NCBI GenBank assembly: GCA_964019335.1
Contig: OZ025724.1
Span: forward strand, 372,001-436,000
Length of the DNA stretch: 64,000 nucleotides
Direction: 5' to 3'
Origin: Diplonema japonicum
Lineage: Eukaryota; Protista; Euglenozoa: Diplonemea
This document shows, in pieces, positions 48,348-61,700 of this stretch. Each line of letters opens with the position of its first letter. Position 1 is the stretch's first letter. The position numbers were made by a program, and so were the translations under genes. The notes under the pieces were generated by a model. The model made no database searches, had not been told where the DNA came from, and saw only the letters and a program-made list of their open reading frames with translations.

Positions 48348-50102
48348 TTACTGACCCATTCTTATTGGCACAGGCACCCTGCCTGTCAAGATTAAGCTCT
48401 TGAGCTCTTCAGTATGTTTGTTCAAGGTGCAGATGCCGAGTAGTCTTAGGGCCTCCTGTGTCTCGCCTTGGAGGTAGCGTTTCCCTGCCTCATTATAGAG
48501 GGCCCAAGGGTTCTCCTGTATTTCATACATCCACTCCAGTGAAACAGAGGTGTCCATGGAAATTTGAGCTTTGTGCTGATATAGCACTTCATAGAGGTGG
48601 GTGTGCACCGTACTTGTCTTGTAACAAATGGGGAGCAGCACAAGCTTGCACATGACGAGGTGTCCGACTTCTATTTGCACGGTCGCTGTGCACACCAGCG
48701 GCAACTCATTGGCCCGCCCATAGCTCTCTGCATACGACGCGAGCACAACAGCTTGCCCTAAGGATAGGAGCGACATGAGCTCATTACACCCAAAAGGGCC
48801 GGAGTGTACCTCACCACTCGAGACTCCCACATTGACGCTTTGCAGGCTGGTCAGCAGCTCTCCTGCCGCGGCAACTGCGCCCATGCAGTGTCCTGTGCAC
48901 TTCTTTGTCGTGTTGAACGCTCCATGCACGTGGTCGCCTACCACGAGGCTCACCACACCTCTGTGTGTCGCGAAGCTTCTCAAGATCGCCTCGATGTATT
49001 CCTTGTACTCCACACCATATTCCCTTGCGTCCTGCAGCACACGACTGTGTGACTCGTGCATGTTCATCACCACAAACGACGCTCGCCGCCGCTCCACTGT
49101 ACTGAACAAGGGGTTTGGCGGGGCGTAATCTAAGTCAGACAGGCAGCTCAACGGTGTGGGAGGACGCGGCCCAACGTGCTCTTTGAATTCCTTGTCTTCA
49201 GATGCCGCGAAGTGTGACCCTGCTTCGAGGTTGCTCAGTTCGGGCGTACTGTCTTGTAGAAATGACTGCGGGAGGTATGGCCTGTACTGGTGGAGGTTGT
49301 TAAGGATGCTCTTAAAAGCGGACGACAGATCGGGGGGGAGAACAGGGTCAGCAAGGCACTCCTCTGCGGCCTGGAGGTCGAAGTGCGACAGGGTATTGGC
49401 AATCTTCTCTGCAGTGGCAATGGCGTGGGTCATCCTGTTGTGCTCATGCCGCATGCCATGGGCGAAGCCCCTTGTGAGCTTGAAATCGAGCATGAAGACA
49501 CCCAACTGGGATAGCAGTTCAAGGATAGATGTGATGAGGGGCTGGCCACAGGGAGGCTCTTGGCAGTGGGCATAGGAGCGTCTGGTTGCATGATCCTCCA
49601 GAGCTGGGATATCATAGAAGCCTAAACGTGCAGTGCTCTCGATGGCAGTGACGATGAGCCAGACAGTGAGCAGACAGATAAGGTTCTTACTAACACGACC
49701 CGGCACGTCGCACAAGAGGACGACGTCGAGGAGTACCACAAACAAAGGCCACCCACGTGTGCCTCTACCCGTAGCGAGGGCCGTGAGGTCTGTACTGAGG
49801 AATAGCAATGCCCAGCAATACAGGATGCCCTCTAACAAGAGCCTTGGAGCCGACTTTGTCATGAGAATATAAAGCAGCCCCCCAAGACTGAGCATCACCC
49901 CTACCAGCCCGTTCACGTCGTTGATCAGCACCGTGTTCCCACTCCCTAGAGCCAGCGGCAACCGCACTGTTGCCGCTATAGTCACTACTAACGTCACCGC
50001 GTGGTACAGCACCATCACCTCTTTCTGTCTATGCATCTCATGTGTGTCAGCCTCGGTCTTCAGGTAGGTTGACACCCGAGCTATACATTTTGTGGAAAAC
50101 AT
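48348..50102 (-). CDS. Multi-TM class III nucleotide-cyclase-like protein
   Basis: N-terminal TMs; YRPYLPQS; GVV...VGDHV...FN; GVSSG.V.SG.FG; EWMYE. Confidence 0.75.
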   Translation of the reverse strand: MFSTKCIARVSTYLKTEADTHEMHRQKEVMVLYHAVTLVVTIAATVRLPLALGSGNTVLINDVNGLVGVMLSLGGLLYILMTKSAPRLLLEGILYCWALLFLSTDLTALATGRGTRGWPLFVVLLDVVLLCDVPGRVSKNLICLLTVWLIVTAIESTARLGFYDIPALEDHATRRSYAHCQEPPCGQPLITSILELLSQLGVFMLDFKLTRGFAHGMRHEHNRMTHAIATAEKIANTLSHFDLQAAEECLADPVLPPDLSSAFKSILNNLHQYRPYLPQSFLQDSTPELSNLEAGSHFAASEDKEFKEHVGPRPPTPLSCLSDLDYAPPNPLFSTVERRRASFVVMNMHESHSRVLQDAREYGVEYKEYIEAILRSFATHRGVVSLVVGDHVHGAFNTTKKCTGHCMGAVAAAGELLTSLQSVNVGVSSGEVHSGPFGCNELMSLLSLGQAVVLASYAESYGRANELPLVCTATVQIEVGHLVMCKLVLLPICYKTSTVHTHLYEVLYQHKAQISMDTSVSLEWMYEIQENPWALYNEAGKRYLQGETQEALRLLGICTLNKHTEELKSLILTGRVPVPIRMGQ

Positions 50103-50336
50103 GTCACCTGCAAGTTACTGGGTGCAAATGGAGCGTGAGGGGGAATAGTCATGTGCACAGTGAAGCGCAAAAGGAAGATACAAGAACTTACTGGACAGCA
50201 GTGGTGTACGTACTTATCACTCACGACTAGGTTGTGCCTGACTAATGCTTGTCTTACTCTTCGCGGTATTCTTTGTCGCTAGCTTCGTTGAGGTACAAGA
50301 GGCCTGGAGGACCGGGGAGACGAGAGGAAACTTGAT

Positions 50337-50590
50337 CTACTCATCACCGCTATCATCCAGCTTTGCATCCCCGCAGGTGCAGCAGCAGCAGCAGCCAGTG
50401 TTCCGAGCTGGCAGCTTTTGAGCCATTCGTCAATGGTTCATTCGGCGATTCAAAATGTCAATGAAGAACACCACTGTATGCAGTTGAGGGTACTCTCAGA
50501 ATCGATCTTCATGGAGCCACGGCTCGTCCTTGTGTGTCAGCATGGAACCCCTTCAATGTACTTCTTCGCCATCACTTTACCTCACGATTG
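50337..50590 (-). pseudogene. Decayed copy of the selenoprotein 3' half
   Basis: Aligns to 38516-38905 (e.g. ggaaccccttcaatgtacttcttcgccatcac; ccccgcaggtgcagcagcagcag) with deletions. Confidence 0.88.
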
Positions 50591-50620
50591 GGCATCTGCC
50601 TTTTTTTTTTTTTTTTTTTT

Positions 50621-51313
50621 TTATATAACTCCAGTCAGATTTTCAAGGGTGGGAGTGAATATAATATTTCACATTATTTCACGCTTCACTTTATTTTCAT
50701 TGCAGATTTCAGGCTTGTTTTAGGAAGAAAACAGGGGCAGAAATGAAAATTACTTTATGAGTGAATATAAAGTACTTTATATTCACGCTTGCCCTATTTT
50801 CACTGCACAGCAAGGGGTTGGGGGCGCAAACACGGAAAAGAAATCACCTAAGTGGTTACCACACAGGCCTCTTGTTTTGGAAACCCCGGTTCGAATCTGG
50901 GAATCTCACTTTTTACGTCACTCAAGGATCTGGTCACCTCTCTCAACAGAAGGGGAGAGAGGTGGGCTTGGCAACCCAGGCAACAGCCTCACAGGTCCAG
51001 ACCGAGGTCCTGTCAGCACTCATGGACGCACAGCCCGCACCACACAGGATATGCCTTGACAATCAATATCAACCATAAGCACCCCCAGTAAAATTTTAAC
51101 TTGTAACTTGTAACCTGTAATACCCCACCCTTTCAAATCTGACTGACGTTAAATAAAACAACGGATTTAGTGAAAATAGATCCGATTTTCACTTGTGGTG
51201 GCATGTTTAACTCGTTGATGTTACTTCACTCGCTTCGCTCGTGAAGTCATATACCCACTCGTTAAACCACTGCCACCACGCGTGAAAATCATACGATCTT
51301 ATTTTCACTAAAT
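50621..51313. mobile_element. Non-coding element with an inverted-repeat pair and ~150-bp hairpin
   Basis: Imperfect IR 50621-50653 / 51124-51156; hairpin 51165-51313 centred on ttacttcactcgcttcgctcgtgaagtca. Confidence 0.6.
50838..50908 (+). pseudogene. tRNA-derived sequence (SINE-like)
   Basis: CCTAAGTGGTTA and GGTTCGAATC boxes at tRNA-like spacing; no proper cloverleaf. Confidence 0.45.
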
Positions 51314-51318
51314 AAATA

Positions 51319-52939
51319 CTGTAAACGAAAAACTCCCGGACGGAAAAATGTCCGAGTTTTTTTGGCGTCCGGGAATTTTTCCGTCCGGGAGTTTTTCCGT
51401 CCGGGAATTTTTTTTAGGTAAGGCCGTCAGGGGGCCTGGTCCACTACCACCTACATACTGGCCTGGGCTGCAAACGGCAACCGTGCGAAGAAACCCCCAG
51501 GGTTCCCTTTCTGCATCTTTGTCCTGAGGCAATCAGCTTGTCGAGCCTTCGTGTGGCCTACTACCTTTCTTAATAGATGCTTTACAGCTGCGTTCAACCC
51601 AATATCCATCGGTTGAACCATGTAGGTGAGCCCAGGGGGACAAAAGCAATGTGCACGTTTGCGCCTGCGAACCACTCTACGAACCCATAGGCATAGGTCG
51701 TATGAGAGTTGTGGTCGCCGACAAGCAGCAGAATCGGCCCGTTCGGCAAAACCATGGGAATCGATGATTTATAGCAAAAAGGAAGAAACAGCTCCGTAAC
51801 CCAGATACCGAGTATAATAATTAGCCCAATGATTGGGCGATGCCGTTAGGCTCCATTCGGTGGGCGGGTGCTTGACCGGGGCACGGATAATCCCTGCCGG
51901 TTGCGTTTCCGCTTTGCCTTTGTATTTAACCATCCAGCCAAGGAAACAGCCAGCTGTTCGGTTATAGCCCGTTTTGTCCCCCAAGCCATGGACTTTTACG
52001 ACCTTAGCACCCCTTTTTGTTTTGGTTTTTAACCCCGTATTCCAGACCAATTCCGGCCTTACTTTATGGGTGTCGATTATGGACCTGAATTCCATGATGA
52101 AACAGCGTGCCTTCTCGTTGTCCTTCTCGTTTCCGGGCTTTCCGGAGGTGGCTTGCGGCTTTTGTCTTTCTTGCTGCAAAATTTTGTCAGCCTAGCCAGT
52201 GGAAAAGGACAGTGCCCCACCAAAGTCTACCAGGTCTGTCTTTCGGGCTGGATTGGCGCACAGCAGCCCTTCTGCATAGGTGCATATTTGTTGTGCTGGG
52301 ATAGGCTCACCAAGCCCGTTTACCTATCGACTCAAGTAAAAATCTTTCAGCCCCCGAAGGATGCTAAATCCCGTATTGGGCGATACGCGCTATCACGGCG
52401 TCGCGGCGGCCAGGGTGTGGTAGGGTGGAATAGCAACGTCCAGTATTTCCGTCTGGAAGAAACCGGGGGCTCTGTTGAACCTGTTGCTGCCGTCTTCTGA
52501 CCGAGGCAGAGGCCGCCAAGCTGCTTTCGGGGGTTTGTACTGGCCCGGTGTAAGGAGTTTATCTCGGGGGTGAGCTGGCCGGGGGTGTCAGCACCAAAGT
52601 TGGGCCCCTCACAAGCCAGCTGCTCAACGTGCCTTGGGTAGTCGAACTGGTCAATCTGACGAAAGAAGTACGGGTTTATGAGAAGTTAAAGATCCCGTGG
52701 GTGCTGTTTGTTGGTGCATTGAAAGGGGAAGAAAAATTCAAACTGCCACGCAGGGTGACATTTTGGCTCTGCACAAGGAATAAAGCCCTTCCAGGCAAAC
52801 GTGGTGGGAGCTGCTACCCCCCTTAAGTAAAAAACTTCTTCCCAGAAAAACTCCCGGACGGAAAAATGTCCGGGTTTTTTTGGTGTCCGGGAGTTTTTCT
52901 GTCCGAGAATTTTTCCGTCCGACATTATTCGTTTTACAG
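51319..52939 (-). mobile_element. Decayed pogo/Tigger-like DNA transposon, related to 30816-32367
   Basis: TIRs ctgtaaacgaa... / ...ttcgttttacag with TA flanks; LVWN, KTKRGAKVVKV, SPNHW, PPGLT..VQPMDIG. Confidence 0.88.
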
Positions 52940-52943
52940 TAGT

Positions 52944-52983
<40 letters not shown>

Positions 52984-53232
52984 CACCCCTTTCTCCTGAG
53001 GTTCCCCCTTTTTTGTTGCTAGTTTCATGTGGGAGAAATCGAGATAAGAACAAGCAGGGGGACGGATGTCAAGAGATTGTCAAGAAAAGAAACAAAAGAT
53101 AAAAAGAAGAACAAACAAAGAGCAATGTGACGCGTGAAATAAAGGGGGAGAGGGGGGGGGGGGGGGGGGGGGGGGTGAGAGGAGACAAGACGCCTTCAGG
53201 CTTCGGAGGAACGTCACGAAGAAAAAAGATCA

Positions 53233-53822
53233 GAACGTTATTTGCTTCCCAACCACGATGAACGATGGACACAATGCACAGAGAAGCCCCCAAGAGACCC
53301 AAGGGTTTGGGACGTAAGGGTTGGGGGAGGGGGGAGGGTGGTGACCCAGCAAGCCTTGTGTGTGGGAAGAACACACAGGAAGTAGGGACACCACAAGATA
53401 TTAAGAGAGAGCCAGTGCAGGGGAGAAAAAGGAGAGAGAAACTCATCACCTTTGCTGATGCATGCAGCACGTGTGACTCAATCACATCACATTCTGGTGT
53501 GTTTTTTTTTTTTTTTTTTTTCTTTTTGTTAAATATCAGAGCATGTTCATCTCACTTTCCTTTCCTTATCTTTTCTTTCTTGTTTTGCTTTCTCTTTTTT
53601 TTTTTTTTTTTTTTTTTGTTACAAATATTTATCTTTCAAAAAATGATTTTATAACTATATGCAACTTGTGCCGAGCAAAAAACTTTCGCAGCTTTTTAAA
53701 AATCTTTTTTGCTCGTGCGAACAACAAAAAAGTAAAATGCCGCCGAAGACTGCCAAAGCGGGTGGAGAGAGGGTTGGATCACCCGCGAACAACAAAGACA
53801 TATAGTCATAAAGAATTATTAT

Positions 53823-53874
<52 letters not shown>

Positions 53875-55605
53875 CTCAACACCTGCGATGCCTGCTGCCT
53901 TGTCCCTTGCGATCTGGGCAACCTTCTTCACAGCGGCCTTGAAGGCTGGACCCCTCTCTGTGTAGTAGGCTTCGAGGGCGGCCTCCATGTCGAAGGGAGG
54001 CAGGTCGCTCTTGGAGACGATGGGGAGGCTGAGGTAGGAGGACTTGATGTGCACCGTGTTCTGGGCCAACAGCTGCTTCCCCTCGAAGTCTTCCGTGAGG
54101 GGGAGCCCGTTGTTCGGGTTGGGCTGGAAGCGTGGGGCGTTCGACGATGACACTGAGAGGCGCACCCTGTGGCCCTTCGGGATGATGTACGAGGTGTTCC
54201 ACATGCTGATCTCCACACCGTACACGGTCCCAGGAACCATCGGCTTCGGCGCCACCCCTCCTGTCGTCCCGTCCCTCCACCTCATCCGTGCGATCCCGTC
54301 GTTGATGAGCAGAGCCCGCCCGTCTGGGTACAGGTGCGTCAGCTTCGCCGTGAAGTCCGTGTCTGTCGCGTTGCTCTCCACCTCCAGCCAGGCCCGCAGG
54401 GGCCCCGTCATCACCAGGTCCTCCCCCAGAGGGCTCGACGCGAACACCAGAACATCCGTCCGGTTCTGCTCCACCACCCGCTGGTCCATCGCCCCACACT
54501 TGATCATCAGGTTGTTGCCCCCTCGTGTCTCCACAGGCCTCGACGGGTCGTACACATAGGAAAGTGGCGCCTCCTCTGTAGCCTGCTGCTCCGACAGCAC
54601 CCCTCCACTCCTCAAATAGTACTTCCTCTCCGTGAAGGACGGGAACCTCTCCACAGTGCTCCAGTAGTTCCCAGGCCCGCTCTTGTCCATGCCCCCAGAT
54701 GAGTCCGCCGACCCCAGCACGAACAGCGTGATGCCCCTGATCAGTTCGGGTACCTTCCCCCCTGCGAAGGTGTCAAGTGCCATGGCAGCTGCCAGTTCCG
54801 ACTGAGAGCTCGCAGAATCGTACACAGGACAGCCCCAGATTTGGCAGTGTCCACAAGGACCTACCACCATGTAAGTCTTGCTGGGCCCTTCATTGTAACA
54901 GTCGTAGGCTGCCAGGTTGCCTTGCAAAAAGATGTCGTACCACCCAGCTTGGAGTATGGCAGGGAAGTCAACCAGATCAGCACACTTCCCTGTCATGTTC
55001 ACGGGGTTCCACCACTCTCCTGGGAATTCATTTGCACGTGCTTCATGTCTCAAAGCTGGGAACTGCCTGGGGAAGATCGCAGCAAGCCAGCCATTCGTGA
55101 GGGCGTCTCTGAAGGCCCCACCGGGGAACACAAAGTTATGAGGCAGCACTGATGCCCACATGACGAACTGCTTCTTCAGCCACTGTGGCTTGTCCATCAC
55201 GGAGAAGAAAGAGCCCAGTCCGTCCGAGGAGACACCTGTTTGGTAGACGTCGCCGTTGGCCCAAGGCTGGCCTGCCAACCACCTGAAAGAGTCGTAGCTG
55301 TCATTACCTGAGGTCCTCCACAAGGAGAAGTCCTGACCTTTCGAGTCGCCACTCCCACGCATGTCTTGCCTCACTGCACAGTAGTCGGGGCCCAGTGCCT
55401 CCTTCATCGCCACTACGATCTCCTCTGTCCCATGGTGCGTGTAGGTGCTCGTCTCGAAAAGGATTGTCTTCTTCGTGCTCCCCTTGTCCAGGTCGCAGTT
55501 GATCCACGTCGACAGGTTGAACCCATCACGCATCGTGATCATCACCTTCTGCTCCTCGCATAATGCTGTGCACAGCAGCGCAGCCACAGCGGTCGCTCGC
55601 AACAT
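53233..55605. repeat. Segmental duplication, near-identical block, copy 2
   Basis: Matches 39832-42192. Confidence 0.95.
53869..55605 (-). CDS. Secreted CocE/NonD family hydrolase, copy 2
   Basis: Paralogue of 40456..42192; ATG at 55605. Confidence 0.92.
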
Positions 55606-55761
55606 TTTCACTTCGTTTACAATCAACTGTCAATAGGAGGTGAACATCCATATGTACAAAGAAAAAAAAACCCAAGAAATGCTTAAAAAGAAAACTGAAA
55701 CATAGTCAGTTAGCTATAGGAACACATGACACATAAGTAGTGAACCCTGAAATGTTAACTT

Positions 55762-58700
55762 TTATCCAGGACCTTCTACTAAATAGTTGGTGTTCTGGAA
55801 AGGTGGATAACCACACTCGGTATTCGGTTGTAGCCCATGGTTTTGAGCTGGTTGGGACACTTCTGGTGGCTGGGAGAACCCAGGTTGGTACTGTGGCATG
55901 TACCCTACTGGATATACTCCCTGCTGTGTATAGCTCTGGGGTTGGTCAACTGGAAGCGGCTGCCCGGATACAGGTGACATGTGCTGTGGAACTGATGGCG
56001 AAGTTGGGTCCTGGTGCTGTGGCGTGTACTCAGCTGGATATACTTCCTGCTGTGTATAATTTTGTGACTGGTTCAGCGGAATAGCTTCCTGATAATGCGT
56101 ATAACTTTGCGGATATACTCCCTGCTGTGTATAGCTCTGGGGTTGGTCAACTGGAAGCGGCTGCCCGGATACAGGTGACACGTGCTGTGGAACTGATGGC
56201 GAAGTTGGGTCCTGGTGCTGTGGCGTGTACTCAGCTGGATATACTTCCTGCTGTGTATAATTTTGTGACTGGTTCAGCGGAATAGCTTCCTGATAATGCG
56301 TATAACTTTGCGGATATACTGTTGGTATGTGCTGCTCCAATAGTTCGACACGGTGTGTGAGCTGCTTGACGATGTCTTCCCATTGCTTATCTCTCTTCAT
56401 CAGCAGTTCAATGGCAGCGCGTGTGTCTGATACTTGTGAATCGATAGTTGGTTGACCATGCTCCACGGACTGCCAGTTGCCGAGATGCGGGTTTACTTGG
56501 TGTGCAATGCTAGGAAAGTGCGATGCATCAACTTGTGTCTGTGGAGATGTACCAGTAGCACGAACGTTCACGTGTGGAGGGTTTAGTTGTGGGTGCACGT
56601 CGGGAGGGGCTCTTACTTTTTTAATTTTCCTCATTACAGGTGTGTGCTCCACATCTGTGACTTGATATTGTGCAGTGGCCACTGGCAAGGTCTCACGTGT
56701 TAGGCCGCCTGCCGAAGACTGTGCTGTAGTTGCCATTGGTGTCAAGTTGCTTGCAGAACCGGCCGAAAGAGGTACTGAGGGATCCATGCTGGCAGTATTT
56801 GAGAGCAAATCGGGAACTGGGGATCGTGCTGCCTGAACTGGAAGCGTTTGCCCATTGGATACAGGTGGCACGTGCTGTGGAACTACACTGGATGTCGAAG
56901 TTGAGCTTGGCGCCACCGCTGCCGTTGTTTGGGACATTGTTGGGACAGAGGTGGGAATTGCCGTCCGTGTGAGGGTGTCAGAAACTGCTGATGTGGGTGG
57001 CGTAGCTGTAGTTTGCATTCTTACTAGTGCCGAAGTAAGGGGCTGTGTTGGAGCAACTGTGGAAGGTGCCAACGTGTCGGGGGACTGTGTTGCGGGGGTT
57101 GTTGGAGCGACTGTGGAAGGTGCCAGGGTGTTAGGGGACGGTGTTGCAAGCGCATTGACGTAGGGGAAGGGTGCTGCTGGGGCTGCCGTTGATGACAAGG
57201 GTGTCGGCGGAGCTAGAGGCTCTGTAGGTGAGTCAAATACATAATCCATAGATCTGAGCTGGCTCCTTGTGACCTCCCGAAGTTTACTATTTGACGCGTT
57301 GACTGCTGCACTCGGAAGTGCTTCAGTTGCTGAGACATTGGGTTCAGCTGCCATAGTCACTGTCGTATGTACACTCTCTGCAGCTTCGGGGATCGTCTCC
57401 TCTCTTTTACTTGGAGAGAGCCCGGCTGATTTCTGCAAGTTCTCCGCCGTGTTGTCCGGTTCAAAAAAATCTAAAACCTTTTTCCCCTTTTTCTTCTTCT
57501 TCGTCCCACTCTGTTCAACACCACCAGTAACGATCTTTGTGTCAAGGATCGTCTCTTCTCTTTTACTTGCCGGAGAAGGCCCGGCTGATTCCTGCAAGTT
57601 CTCCGCCTCGTTGTCTGGCTCAAAAATATCTAAAACCTTTTTCCCCTTTTTCTTCTTCTTCGTCCCACTCTGTTCAACACCACCAGTAACGATCTTTGTG
57701 TCAACTCTTGTTGGGGATGGTTGTTCCTCTACTATCCTGGCACGCTCCCTGTCTCCACATGACTCACCCCACATGTCTAAAACTGCCTGCACCGCTTGGT
57801 CGCATGTGTCCTCGCTTGTGTAGTAACTGCAGTATTGCTTCGCGGCTTCCGGCTCGAGCATCTTGACTACTTCTATTTTGAACTTCTGTTCAACTCTACT
57901 GTGCCGCTCTACGTACAGCAGCATTTCGCCATGCTGCCAAAGCTCTTTCCTGTCGCTTCCAATTGTGACCTCGAACATTTTATTAAACGTATCGCCTGCA
58001 TAGACACTGTATGGTTCGGTCCATTCGTTCTGCTTTTTTTCGTAGTCGGCAAAAGAAACCGTAATACGTTTGACGTCGCCTAAAGTGATAGCAGATGAAT
58101 ACAGGGCATCGATATTCGGTCCTTCGAATGTGTCCTCTTTCTGCACTTCCACATTTTCGGGAAGAGTTGCCGGGTGCCAGAACCCATCCCCAGAGGTACA
58201 TTTGTGGTGATAGCTCATCATATATGTCGGGTGTCTTAAGCTCGCCAGCCGCAGCATGTCCATGTGTGGAACCGGCACCCCGTTGGTGTGGTGCACAGGC
58301 TTCTCGTCATCGAAGTTGTAAAGCAGCTCTGGCTTCACGTCAGGGCTGCCTGGTTTAGTGTGCAGGTAGATCTTCTTCTGATGCACAGGATACCCCTTTG
58401 GTCTGGGCGGGTCGACATCTTCGTCGAACTTGTCACTTAAGTACATTCTCAGCTTCCTGCTGACGAACATACCTGCATCGATGTAATCGGCCCATTTTTT
58501 CTCCAAGTGTGCTTTGAAGGCTTCTTCTAGCTGGCACTCTTTAATTGCTTTAAACGCTTTTTTGGCATAACTTTTTAGTTTTATACATTCCTCGCATTTG
58601 AAGATTCTGATATTAGGTTCATAGTATTCTGCAGTTTTTGGTTCCTTCTGGGCACATCCTTCACATCTCATGTTTTCCAGAACACTGAGTTTGTACTTCG

Positions 58701-61700
58701 GACCCTCGTGCAGCGACACATAGTCCTCCTCGATAGTGCAAAACTCCTTTTGCAGATCACAGAGCAGTGAATAGATATCTGCAGCCCACATCGGGATGAA
58801 CGGCCAATGCATGTGCTGCGATGCTTTGTCTGGTCTACTGATATCAAGCAGGATTGTCATGTTGTAGTGATTCGGGATCTTGTCTGCGACTAAGCGGTGG
58901 ATGATCTCTGCTATGGTCCATGTGCCGTACTTCGGGTGGTGGGGGAAGACGATCTCCTCAGAGGATATCCCGTCTAGATCAATAGCCAGCCGTGACATGA
59001 GTGATACAGCCTCATTCGTGTACCCAACGACGCTTCGGGTAAGCGCCTCCGTCATCCTGGTGTGCACTTCAGTGCTTGTGAAGCACCTGCTGTATGATGA
59101 CTGCATGCCTTGGAACCTGAAGTGCGTTGTCCATGCTGGTTTGTTCTTCTTCAAATCGATGGTCTTCAGCCCGTGCAGGATAGAGACAGCCCCTGTGTCC
59201 TTCGCACCCATCTTCGTCACTTTCGCCTTTGTGCCTTGCTTCGCCTTCTGCTCGTTGTATGATGCTAGCTGCGATTCTTCAAACAGCTTTCCGCTGAATG
59301 TGAACACTGGGCAGTCCTCAGGGAGGGTCTTCATCTTGTACAGATTTCCCAAGCGTGTGTCCTGCCTGCCGTACTTCGCAAAGAGGTACCGTACCCTCTC
59401 ATGCAGTGTTGCCAGACCCATGTCCAGGTACATCCCGCCAAGGAGGGACTCCAAGAGGTCACCATGCACCTTTTCGTTGCGTTCAGCGAGAGGAGTGACA
59501 CCGAGCACAAGAGAAGACCTGTTCTCGAAGAGCTTCTTTGCGATGGGCAGCAGGCCTGCGTCTTTGTACTCGTCACCGTGGCCGTTGGTAACTGTCGTTG
59601 TGAAGTACGTGATGTGTGTTGTCCATTCCAGAGGGTTGTCATGTTTATCAATAGTGTGACAGTCACACGCCACACAAAGGTCCAGGGCAGCGTCACCGAC
59701 AAATTCCTGGCGGTTGAACTTCACTGTGTTAGGCCGCAGAGCATCGGTGACATGGCTAGTGTTTGTGTACTGTGAGTGAGTGCCTTCTAGTAAATGAGGT
59801 ACAAGATCACTAGGCCACTGCTGCCTCTTAAGAAAGAGCATTACGTTCTTGTCTTCTAAATCTTTTACAGTAAACTCGTATTGCTTTTCCTTAGTTACCG
59901 CTTCAATGGCTTCGCGTACCCCGTCCCATGCCACGCGACTGAGTTCATAGTGCGGCATTGTCTCACCGGCTTCGTACCTCCGCATGTCATCGTCAATCAG
60001 CTGTACCAACATGTTGAGCTCACACCTCTCCATCGCCTTGGCACTACTAGGCCCCTGCTCACACTTAGTCACGTATTTTTTATGATTCTCTTTGAGCATC
60101 TCTGGATCGATGTTTATCGCTTTTTCGCCGTCGTCCCTATGCCAATATCTCATGGTTGGGAGGTAAACTTCTCTCTTGGTCGACTGTACTTCTTGAATGT
60201 GAGTGTTATCTTCGAACCGCACCAGCACGATGGGATCGGTCCTGTTATGCACTTTGCATTTGCGAAGCACCCATCCCTCCCGGAGTAGGTCCCTGACATC
60301 TAAATACACGTGGTAGTCGAGCTTGCCATAGATCGTCTCCGACTCCCAATAGTCCTCCATTGCGTCGACAGTACAACGCGTGGCGAGAACTACCTTGCAG
60401 TAGGGGGCACACTTGATCCCTACTTTTTGGTTCTTATTTGCGGCAGTGATCCTCTCGATGTTTGTGACCGAATGGTAGAGCACGTCCTCGAGACCATGCT
60501 GCTTCATGTACTGCTCCAGGACTTCCTCATCCGTATTGTCGAACTCCAGCTTCTCGTAAACCTTGTCACTCTCCTCGAGGTTAACTCTGCTGTCGCTAGA
60601 GTGGTGGTATAGTGCCCTGCCCTTCCCTTCTTTGAAGTCCAGTCGTCCCAACACATCGTGCATAGACATGAATTCGGCAAGCGCCTCCTCCGAGGCAGCC
60701 GGCTCACCACCCTCTTTGAGCTGTGCTACGATTAAATCCAAGGGCACCCACCCATTGGTTTCAAAGTCGACTTTGTTTTCTTCCGATAGATCAAATTTGT
60801 CAACAATTCCCTTCTCTCCCCGAAAGATCACTTTTACATGCTTCCAGACATTTTTTGGATTTAGTGGAAACTCGCCGCGTTCCTCCTGAGGAAGGCCATT
60901 CTCACTTTTAATCCTCTTCTCCCTGGGGATCACTATGTCGGAATCTGCAGTTACTTGAGCATCTTGTTTTGCAATTTTCATCTCACGATCTAGGTACATT
61001 GTGATGGCCATTTCTTCGGCGTAAGAAGGATCGTCGCTTTTGTGGGGACACTCATAGACCACTTTGTTGTTAGCGAATATACTTGCTTGGCCGTCTTTGT
61101 ATTTGCACTCCAGCTCCTGAAAGTAGTGCTTAAAGATGACATGGTGAACTCTTTTTGTCAAGATCCTTTTCGCAGAAACCTTACTATCTTGCAACCCAAC
61201 ACGTATCAGTATATTCTTCTGCTTCTTGATGCTCAGAGTGATCTCGCAACTGGTTTTCCCGTCCTTCTCTACGTACTTGTCACCGTTGTTTACCACACAG
61301 TAATGCTTCACTAGCTGTGTCCCATACAAGTTGCCTAGCGACTGCTCGCTGTGGCACGACAAGTAGCGCTTGTGGAGGACGCAAGCGCAGGCTTGTAGAT
61401 CGGTATGGCCCAAGCAGCTAAGGAGGACATAGCCAGTGGACACACAAATCTTTCTTGTCGTGGAAGAAGCTAAAGGGGACATGTTCCAATCCCTCGTGAA
61501 AAGGCTGTCGCAGTTCCTGTTAGCCATCAGCTCCATGTGATATTCTGCAAGTTTCCCAACTTTACTCGGAAAGCTGTCGTGCAACCATACCGCGCAGATA
61601 AGCTTCATGAACCTTATCCCGCACCTCTCGTGGCTCTTGAAACATTCCTCTGACTGTGCCGCTTCTATAAATTGCTGCGCCGCCTCCTCCGCCACACCTG

